NCBI GenBank assembly: GCA_964016885.1
Contig: OZ024743.1
Coordinates: forward strand, 12,896,001 to 12,960,000
Length of the DNA stretch: 64,000 bases
Direction: 5' to 3'
Source: Eledone cirrhosa
Taxonomy: Eukaryota
Below, piece by piece: positions 53,319 to 64,000 of this stretch (position 1 is the stretch's first letter; the number at the start of each line of letters is the position of its first letter). Position numbers and translations under genes: made by a program. The notes beneath the pieces were generated by a model that saw only the letters and a list, made by a program, of their open reading frames with translations, was not told where the DNA came from and ran no database searches.

Positions 53319-54245
53319 CACGATCTATACGTGGATATTTTACGTCTTGATGTGGGAGCTAAGTATATGTTTGTTTATTCCTTTACTTATTAGCATAGGT
53401 AAGTATATATTACCCATATGTTTTGTGAAGGTATGTATACCTTCTCGTACGTATATATGACTGTTATGGCGTATCATTTTTACATATTCTGGTATTTAGG
53501 GTTTGGCTATGTGTATACGGGAGTTTTGCGTCCGAGTGAGTATGCAGGTTCGTACGTATGGTGGGTGTGTGTATATGTGTACTTCTTGTTTTAGTTGACT
53601 CACGTCTCCGAACATTCGTGTATTTATATGTAGGTATGTGTGTGCGCTTGTTATATACGTATTTATTTACTTATATACGTTTATATAATTATTTATTTAT
53701 TTGTACACAAGCATACACACATACACATATTTATATATGCGTGGTTTTGTATACCTATGGTAAGGTTTTGCGTATGCTTGTGTATGTACGTATCTGTTTG
53801 CGTGTATGTATTTATCTGTTTCTATTACTTCTGTATTGTATTTATTTACTTTGTTCTTAACTCTGTAGCGGAGATTCATTTGGTCTCCTAGTTAGAATTT
53901 TAGTCTACGACTTCTGCTATACCATTTACGTGGTTTTGTCTTTGCGTGCTTTTGTTCTCCATGCTCCACATATGACTTATTATCTTCGTTTTTTCGTTCA
54001 TTGCCAGAGAACGTCTCTATGCACCACCTAAGAGAACATTAGTCTACGACCTCTTTTATACCATAAACGTGGTTCTGTCTTTGCGCGTAATTGTTTGTCA
54101 CCGCTCCTATTAATGACGTATTATTCGTCTTTTCCCGTTCTTTGCCAGCGAACGTTACCACGAACCAAAGTATCGTCTTCCTGTCTTCCCCCGGTTGCAA
54201 CGTTTTTTGAAATATCCAGTTCTGCGTTTACATATTGACTTTGTT

Positions 54246-54296
54246 AGTTTCAGAAGATCCCGTTAAGGGTGAAAGCAGCGATTCTTTGCTTAAACT
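54246..54296 (+). ncRNA. Type I hammerhead-like motif with CAGAAGA core and CUU site
   Basis: Stem I AGTTT/AAACT; CAGAAGA 54251-54257; stem II CCC/GGG; GAAA 54271-54274; stem III AGCA/TGCT. Located at the 3' end of a PLE. Confidence 0.65.
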
Positions 54297-54332
54297 TTAA
54301 TCTGTTATTTTAATAAATATATATATATATAT

Positions 54333-54463
54333 AGATGTGAGAAAAACAACAGACCCTCCATCTCAACTCTACTTTCGAAAAGCAGAACTGCGAAATCGGT
54401 AAAGGTACCAAATAAATGTATATATATTCTTTAAAAATAAGACTTGTTGCATTTTCGATTTCA
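54333..54463 (-). repeat. Short copy of the terminal part of the 440-bp IR family
   Basis: Matches 51827-51963; lies between (TA)n and (CT)n. Confidence 0.85.
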
Positions 54464-54492
54464 TATTTTTTTGTTTCTCTCTCTCTCTCTCT

Positions 54493-54633
<141 letters not shown>

Positions 54634-54834
54634 CTCGCATGTGCTTTCAGAACCTGTGAGATTCTGGCGCACGAAGAACAAAAACCTGTTGAGAAAGCGA
54701 TGCCCTGTTCGATCATTATACCAAAAGCTTATTTTTGATAAGCAAACAGTATTATTGATTTAGGTACTGCAGAAACCAAATTTCGGAATATTCCATCTTC
54801 CTCGAGGGTCCGGGTAACTATTTCAATCATATCT

Positions 54835-55045
54835 CATTTTGTTTGACCCGTTTAGCTTGTTCGCTTTTTTGGCTAAGGTGGTTAATGGCTTCTTAACCAT
54901 CCTCTCAGCGTTTATGACCACTTTAACTTATGTTTATAGCTATGGCATCTTCTTCATATCCATGGAGCGTTTGTCTGCACAATATGTAAGTTGCGTTTCG
55001 ATAATTTCTACCCGCCGAAATGCGATTCTCGCTAAATTTATATTT
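54835..55045 (+). repeat. Unclassified dispersed repeat; diverged inverted copy at 56778-56990
   Basis: Shared blocks TTTAGCTTG, GGTGGTT.ATGGCTTCTT.ACC, CCATGGAGCG and TTTCTACCCGCCGAAATGCG; both copies end in TATATTT next to (TA)n. Confidence 0.75.
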
Positions 55046-55065
55046 ATATATATATATATATATAT

Positions 55066-56072
<1,007 letters not shown>

Positions 56073-56361
56073 TATATAAGCCTTAGATGATCAGCCATTG
56101 TAAATAGGGTCACTAAACTATATGGTTTAGCTTATATTAAGTTCTAGCAGTAAGCGGGGTCAGAGAGCGCTAGCTTGATAAGAACCAGACTAAGCAATGA
56201 TGACGTCACTATTGCTAGCTACCTGTTCTCAGCCTCCGTTGGAACACACTAGATGGCACTACGCTATCAGTTTTTATATTCATAGCTGAAGCCTTTCGAA
56301 ATAATTATTTATAAACATACGGTATATTGCCAGATATACAACTTCACGTATTTCACACCCA

Positions 56362-56373
56362 CACGCACGCGCG

Positions 56374-56440
<67 letters not shown>

Positions 56441-56449
56441 ACACACACA

Positions 56450-56519
<70 letters not shown>

Positions 56520-56536
56520 CACACACGCGCGCGCGC

Positions 56537-56594
<58 letters not shown>

Positions 56595-56596
56595 GC

Positions 56597-56636
<40 letters not shown>
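56362..56636. repeat. (CA)n microsatellite; also 55304-55398, 59599-59870, 61577-61660
   Basis: Direct. Confidence 0.97.
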
Positions 56637-56651
<15 letters not shown>

Positions 56652-56714
56652 CTCAATATATAGTAAATTATATATTATTTAATATAGAAATGGGTTATAC
56701 ATATACATATATGC

Positions 56715-56756
<42 letters not shown>

Positions 56757-57516
56757 TTATACATATATATATATATACAAATATAAAATCTGCGAGAAAC
56801 GCATTTCGGCGGGTAGAAAAAGCGAAAGGTAACGCCAATTCCGAGTCATGCTGGCAAGCGCTCCATGGGCTAAAAGACCAGAGCAATAAACATAGGTTAT
56901 AAAGGCCATACAAACTGAGAAGGCGGTCAAGAAGCCATAAACCACCAAAGCCCAAAAAACAAGTCAAGCTAAACAGGTCAGACAAAATAAATGACATAAT
57001 CATATATATATATATATATATATATATACTATAAAGTATGTCCATAGAATCATTCGATAATATATATACACCATTTCCTCTCCCAATTAGCATAATTAAC
57101 CACACAAAAAATCAATTAGACCAGGCTATAAGATTAAAAGGCACCTATGAAGAAATAGTAGATAAATAAACGACAGCAATCTCTTCGCGGCCAACCGCCA
57201 TAGAATATTTTACCCAACATTTCAACAGCACGTGGAAATCGATTAAATATACAGTCAACCATACACAATTAGGTATAACATTAAAGTTACAAGAAATGCA
57301 TATACACATACCAGGATTATGTTTCTACCATCGAGTTTCGTTCGCATTTGGAAATATCCTATTAAGGATAAAATCTCCAGCTTCGAACTCATCAAATGGC
57401 TAAGAATTGTGACGTGGCAGTGGTCTCAAGTCAGAAAGAATGTGATTGGTTGCTTACGGCTAATGCGCTGGTTGCTAGAAAGCGCAGCCCAATATATATA
57501 TATATATATATATTAT

Positions 57517-57863
57517 ATATAAAGAAAAAGAGATGAAATCGAAAATGCAACTGGAGTCTTATTTTTTTAAAAAATATATATATTTATTTGGTTCCTTTAC
57601 CGGTTTCGCAGTTCTTCTGCTTTTCAAAAGGTGAGTTGAGATGGAGGGTCTGTGGTTTTTCTCACATCTGGTTGGTCTCTGAATGTTGCTTGTTTTATAT
57701 GGAAAAAGTGGCTCGAAATGCCAGGTTTTTCGAGAAGTAATTTGATTGGTTTGTCAATAATTATAATAAATTTCGCGCCAGTTCGCGTTACAATAGTTCT
57801 TCAAATAATAGGGGGGGGGGGGGGGTTGTCGCGCGAAAAAACAACCTGCGACAACCCCCCCTC
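57517..57863 (+). repeat. Third long copy of the IR-family arm, ending in a short fold-back
   Basis: 57517-57830 matches 49747-50056; 57835-57863 matches the opposite arm at 51658-51687. Confidence 0.88.
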
Positions 57864-58287
57864 ATTCTCATCTCTGGAACAATTTTGAATAGCACCAGTT
57901 CGTAATTCTCCGAGTGAAAAGAACCTTTTGACGAGAGTCTTTCTTTTCAATGGAGGCCCGTAAGGACTATCTATTTATTTTTGAGACTATCTATTTATTT
58001 TTGAGACTCGAAACCGTACGGTAAAGGTAACTACAGCAGGTACAGTGAATTTAAAAAAAATTATTTTAAAACTTTTTCTTATTTGCTAAACCTTGATTAT
58101 ATATGTTCTGGCTCGTTAATTTATTGACCTACCATAGAATCACATTGGCATATGGTTGGATAATACATGTGTCCTATATGTATTTTGCGTATAAATATAT
58201 ATATATCATAGATTGAGTTATAAACTCAAAATAGTCTTTTACAATTAAGTAGCTCAAGGAAGGGAATCTTTCCGAGCCGTGTAATAC

Positions 58288-59016
58288 AATTGAATATATG
58301 AGAGGGATGAGCACAGATATAAGTATACATGTGTTCCAATTGCAAATGACCAAGTTAGCTAGGTTGAAAAAATACTAATTTAAGACAATATGGTTTGCCT
58401 GACTCGATTTAAAGTAATAAATCAATAAAAATAACAAACCTATATCGGGCAATAGCCTTCGATACCCGGACAGACCAAGATCTGTTTCGCAAGAATTATT
58501 AAGTGAAAGCCAGAATTCCTGTGCTCATCTGCGAGTATCCAGGAAAATTCGTACCTTACACTTCAAATGATCTAAGAAGACTGGACGAAGTGCTGATATA
58601 AACGCACATGTCGCAGCGCCTAGCGCGTCTCATACTCATGCCGCTAAAAATAGCAGCTGGGTTTATGAGACTATTTTTAGCGGCATGAGTATGAGACGCG
58701 CTAGGCGCTGCGTAATGTGCATTTACATCAGCACTTCCTCCAGTCTTCTTAGATCATTTGAAGTGTAAGGTACGAATTTTCCTGGATACCCGCAGATGAG
58801 CACAGGAATTTTGGTTTTCACTTAATAATTCTTGCGAATCAGATTTTGGTCTGTCCGGGTATCGAAGGCTATTGCCCGATATAGGTTTGTTATTTTTATT
58901 GATTGGCAAAGCATATTGTTTTAAATTAGTATTTTATCAACCTAGCTAACTTGGTCATTTGCAATTGGAACACATGCATACTTATATCTGCGTTCATCCC
59001 TCTCATATATTCAATT
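58288..59016. mobile_element. Foldback/MITE-like element with ~350-365-bp arms and a 17-bp spacer (58654-58670)
   Basis: The arms are reverse complements with scattered mismatches and one ~20-bp indel. (TA)n on the right. Confidence 0.85.
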
Positions 59017-59301
59017 ATATATATATATATATATATTGCAAATCTCCGAAATGGCTGGCCGAATACTCACATGTGTGCTTTTCTCCTTTTTTTTCTCATT
59101 TACTCCGTTCCTCCCTCTACTCACTCTTTTCTATATATTTATCTTCAATTTGTACCTGTATCTTCTGATGAAGGACTAGTGCCAAAAACGTTATCACACT
59201 GTTCTTGCTATTTCAAGCGTTAAAGTAATATATTTCTTCAATGTATTGTGTCGTTTGCTTTATTTCTGTTTACCTTTTACACACACACGCACACACACAC
59301 A

Positions 59302-59427
<126 letters not shown>

Positions 59428-59597
59428 TTCAAAGTTAGTGTAAATTGTAGGATTCTTATCCGACAAACAGGAGGTTTGGGTGCGACCACCATTTATGCTG
59501 ATTTCCATTATTCCCGTTCAGGTGGCTTACACTTATATATTCTCTTAGACTATTTTCTGTAGTAAAAAAATATGCCGAAAGTTTCTAATTCAATCTT

Positions 59598-59755
<158 letters not shown>

Positions 59756-59757
59756 TG

Positions 59758-59885
<128 letters not shown>

Positions 59886-60324
59886 GTGGTAGAACACTGG
59901 AAGGTAATATCCGTAGTGGTAGAGCACTCAGTCCATGGGACGAGTTGGGTAGAAGTGGTTACACAACAGTTAGTTCACCATACCGAGAACGATTGTTTCA
60001 CCTTAGCGGATCCTCAGCTCGTAATGGACATGGTTATACGGAACAGGAAGGACAAGCGTACGAACGCGCATGCGAAGAAACGGTCACTTCACTCAAGCAA
60101 TACTAAATTGCGTGCGAGAGGTGTAAGGGAGATGACTGCGAAAGTCCGAAAGTTTCTAGTTGATAAGAAAATTAGTATGTTGTTGTAATTCAATCCGGAG
60201 CTTTGCAGTTATGTAAGAGGTGTTTCCAGACGTGTGGACACGTGTGAATAATTCATTTTTTGTGTTTAGGCAATCGCTATTGCGTAATCTCTTTAGAATA
60301 TTTATTCGTTCATCAATACATAGT

Positions 60325-60510
60325 CCACACGACGGATTGCCCCTTGCGTATGGCGGAGGGCCGATTTAAGGAACACTTCTTGAAACACCAGTCGACCTTT
60401 AGGTACCCGGACAGACATTCATGCACGAAACTTGCGAGCCACTTATGATCCCTCAAGGACTCAAGTATAGACTACTCCATTCAATGGAAAGCCATCACTA
60501 AGTCCAAGCA
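60325..60510 (+). pseudogene. Decayed Naiad-like GIY-YIG fragment
   Basis: DCPL/MAEGRFKEHFLKHQSTFRYPDRHSCTKLASHL*SLKDSSIDYSIQWKAI aligns to DCPL...LTANSFKQRLYMHTHSFRYP..TSLSAYIWSLKDNHTQYKLHWEIL of ORF 52383, with an internal deletion. Confidence 0.75.
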
Positions 60511-60822
60511 AGGAGCAATCCGTCGTGTGAACTGGTTTCGCGCCAAATGTAGGTTTGTCGAAGAGTGTCCTTTTCCGCTTGATTGAGTTGCAGTCATCTT
60601 GAGAGGTCACAGTTCAGGTGTTAAGACAAATATATGTGTGTGTGTAGCAAAGTGGTTCATTGTTGTGATAATGGAAATAAATCGGTCAGTATGAATATGT
60701 GTGTACGTCTGTGTGTGTCTGTGTGTGTGTGGGGGTGGGGGGTGGGGGTGGGTGGGGGGGTTATTTTAACATGTTGAAACATATTTTTCAGCTCTCGTCT
60801 TATACGGAGAATGTGTGTGTGT

Positions 60823-60854
<32 letters not shown>

Positions 60855-61179
60855 CTGTCTGTCTGTATGTTAGTGTTTGCGTGTGCATGTGTGAGTGTGT
60901 ATACAAACATCTACGTATCTTTACGATTGTTATGTGGAATAGGAGGTTAATTATATGTATAAAGTTTGCTAGTGCTCCGATGTTATCAAACGAAAGTTTG
61001 GAAGAAACGATTGTCAGCAATAAAATATTTTGAACATAGTTTTGATTATTCTGCAATTTATATTCCGGCTCTGGAAAAACATCTGATGTATTCACATTGA
61101 GCTATTTTTCTTACTGGTAATAAGGTGGTAATGAATTATTGACCTTTCCTGTTTATAATTATATATAGTGTATATATAA

Positions 61180-61343
61180 GTCGAGCGCCATGCTTTGAAG
61201 CATAGAGTTACCTCCCTTTATGATCTGAGTTTAAATCCCGCCGAGGCTAACTTTGCCTTTCATCCTTACGGGGTCGATAAAATAAAGTACCAGTAATGCA
61301 CTGGGATAATTGATGGCCTTGTGCCAAAAGTAGAAACAATTAT
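61180..61343 (+). mobile_element. 5'-truncated tRNA-derived SINE, short form
   Basis: Reverse complement of the 47-kb copies; ends GTAGAAACAATTAT into (TA)n. Confidence 0.88.
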
Positions 61344-61422
61344 ATATATATATATATATATATATTTCGTTTCTGAATTTGTTTACCAAGATTCTTTATC
61401 TGAAAACGTGTGTTGAAACCGA

Positions 61423-61684
<262 letters not shown>

Positions 61685-61686
61685 GC

Positions 61687-61849
<163 letters not shown>

Positions 61850-61866
61850 TATATGTATATATATTC

Positions 61867-61933
<67 letters not shown>

Positions 61934-62012
61934 CAAGAAAGTGTTGGTAAAATCCAGTACTTCAGTATGCGGACAGGGTGCACTCAACGAAGATATAAGT
62001 TCCGGAGTTATA

Positions 62013-62256
62013 ATAGTGACGAAACATAAGTCAATTGCATGAACTCATAATCCTTTATTTACTGCTATATATATTTCGATGATAGCCTTGGGACAACGCT
62101 CTGAAACCATCAACACCAAAAACACAGAGGTGGCATATCTAAGAACTGACTAACTGCCTGATGAGGTCATACCCATTTAATGACTATCATCGAAATATAT
62201 ATAGCAGTAAATAAAGGATTATGAGTTCATGCAATTGACTTATGTTTCGTCACTAT
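62013..62256 (+). mobile_element. pLTR remnant with an upstream inverted copy (73-bp arms 62013-62085 / 62184-62256)
   Basis: Perfect inverted arms; a hammerhead overlaps the right arm. Confidence 0.75.
62153..62208 (+). ncRNA. Minimal type I hammerhead ribozyme, canonical core, AUA site
   Basis: ACTGC-CTGATGA-G-GTCAT..ATGAC..C-GAAA-T-ATAT-ATA-GCAGT; 5-bp stem I and palindromic loop III. Confidence 0.82.
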
Positions 62257-62447
62257 AGATTGCTATCTTGACCTTCACTTTCTTTCTATTGGTCAATTCA
62301 AAACCTGTTCCCAAACAGACCTCTTGTATTGAATCTTTGTCTTTTCAATAAACAAATATCATTATTTGTGAAGACAGCATATATATGTGTAGGTATGTAT
62401 ATTCCCTCTGATAGGTTGTATAAATATTTTACATAGATCTATAGAAT

Positions 62448-64000
62448 ATGCATACCCTATTGGATCTAAAAAAATCTAAAAAAATCCATGTCCACTCGGA
62501 CAAAACTGGAAATCTGTATCACATGGATATTGAAAATTACAACGAGTTCATATATAAAGAACTCAGGAAGAATTATAGAAAAACAAACAATGCGTCACTT
62601 ACCAACATAAACAACAAAACACACAACATAGTGAATAGACTTAATATTGAAGATAGAACTGAACCTTTGGCACTGAAAAGACCACATTTCAACCTGAAAG
62701 ATCATAAATGCCCTTCCAAATCTGATATTGGAATCATTAGTAAAACTTTTTTAGATAGAGTCATCCCATAACTAAGAAAACATGTTAATTTACCACTCTG
62801 GGAAAACACAGCCCAGGTAATTAACTGGTTTAATAACATTAGAAATAGATCCTCTGCTTCATTTCTACAATTTGATATAGATAATTATTATTCTTCTATA
62901 TCACCTATACTCCTGAACAAAGTCTTGATATTTGCTAAAAATAGATCTAACTTAACTTTGGATGACATTAATATTATTACACATGCCAGACTAACACTAT
63001 TGGAATTTCAAAATGAATACTGGACAAGAAACACATATAGTAATCTATTCGATATTACTATGGGCTCAAGTGATTCTGCCCAAATTACGATCTTGTGGGC
63101 CTCTTTCTTCTTTTCAACATAAATGCTTCCTTTCCCCACCATAAAGGTGGTTTATACCGTGACGACTGTCTTCTTCTTTCCAATAACCTTAGCCTTTCAG
63201 AGATAGAAAAAAATAAAAAGCTTATTAGAACTTTCCTTAAAGACTATTATAGTCTAGATATTACATTTGAAAACACAAGTAAAGTAGTTAATTTCCTCGA
63301 TATAATATTAGACTTATCTACGGGTATCTACCAACCTTACCATAAACCTAACCAAAATTTACACTACATACACTCACAATCTAATCACCCTAAATCTATC
63401 CTTAAAGACCTTGCATATAATATATCACTTAGAATTTCTAACCTTTCGTCTAACCAGGATGTATTTGATAAAAATGCGACCTTTTATAACGAAGCTCTAG
63501 CGAGAAGTGGCCACAAAAATAAATTAGTATATATACCTTGTACCAATAACACTACAAACACACAACCTAATATTACCAACAAACACCAAATGAAACATAC
63601 ACACCTAAATGCCACTCACACTATACCCCAAAATACAAACATAAAACCAAATTTCTCTAAGTCTTCTAATATACAATATAGTAACTCTCAAAAAACCACT
63701 CATCCTACAATTCTAATAAATGGTAATAATAAAACTCCTAATAAACAAGCTAAAACACCTAAATCAATAAATCTAACTAAAAATGTGTGTGGTGAAGTCA
63801 TTAACAATAATTCTCTTAATAAACATCAGGATACATCCTATAAAAACAATAAACAACATCGAAACCGTAATAGACGAGTTACTTGGTATAATGCTCCATT
63901 TAATTTACAAATTAAGGATAATATACCTAAAAAATTCTTTAATATCCTAGAGAAGAACTTCCCGCCAAACCACAAATACCATCAAATTTTAAATAGATCA
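62448..64000 (+). pseudogene. Naiad-like Penelope reverse transcriptase pseudogene, running off the window
   Basis: SDKTGNLY, LKDHK, PSKSDIG, QFDIDNYYSSI, FDITMGSSDSAQI, GLYRDD (YRDD 63155-63166), VNFLDI, YHKPN..SNHP, WYNAPF. Stop at 62769-62771, frameshift near 63088, probable deletion after LKDHK. Confidence 0.9.

Larger units (their letters stand above)
52326..54320 (+). mobile_element. 5'-truncated Naiad-like Penelope retroelement (RT end, thumb, GIY-YIG, ~1-kb 3' UTR, hammerhead, AATAAA)
   Basis: ORF and ribozyme motifs below; AATAAA at 54312-54317; embedded in (TA)n on both sides. Confidence 0.88.

Noticed and set aside
57965-58007. 20-bp tandem duplication GACTATCTATTTATTTTTGA
   Set aside because: An ordinary slippage-type duplication with no associated structure.
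59165-59193. Fifth hammerhead, CTGATGAAGG..CCAAAAACGTTA
   Set aside because: GAAA is lost and no stem I pairing is visible; at best a dead pLTR relic.
60446-60448. Selenocysteine UGA in a Naiad-like fragment (also TGA at 35117 in the CRE element)
   Set aside because: Both TGAs align with conserved Trp (TGG to TGA), not Cys, in otherwise decayed copies. The Cys codons of ORF 52326-53318 are ordinary.

Overview
Eukaryotic, gene-free, repeat-dominated DNA, most likely from an octopod cephalopod (inferred from octopus-type tRNA-derived SINEs and dense TA/CA microsatellites). Positions 1-46.7 kb are three related, strongly strand-biased GT-rich satellite arrays (30-bp modular, 36-bp and 18-bp units) that share a GTTGTGTAT core and carry higher-order repeats. 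A decayed CRE-clade (RLE-type) non-LTR retrotransposon sits at the boundary between the 30-bp array and the other two. Positions 47-64 kb are a transposon graveyard: SINEs, fragments of two Penelope-like lineages (Naiad-like and Neptune-like GIY-YIG/RT), at least seven long inverted repeats or foldbacks, and four different hammerhead-ribozyme-like motifs, three with non-canonical cores (U3-A8 covariant, U4A, and U4C with a ~80-nt stem II). The most unusual structure is a 2.2-kb unit with ~440-bp inverted repeats enclosing an open GIY-YIG endonuclease reading frame. The very long satellite ORFs are judged non-coding. All coordinates and alignments were read by eye.
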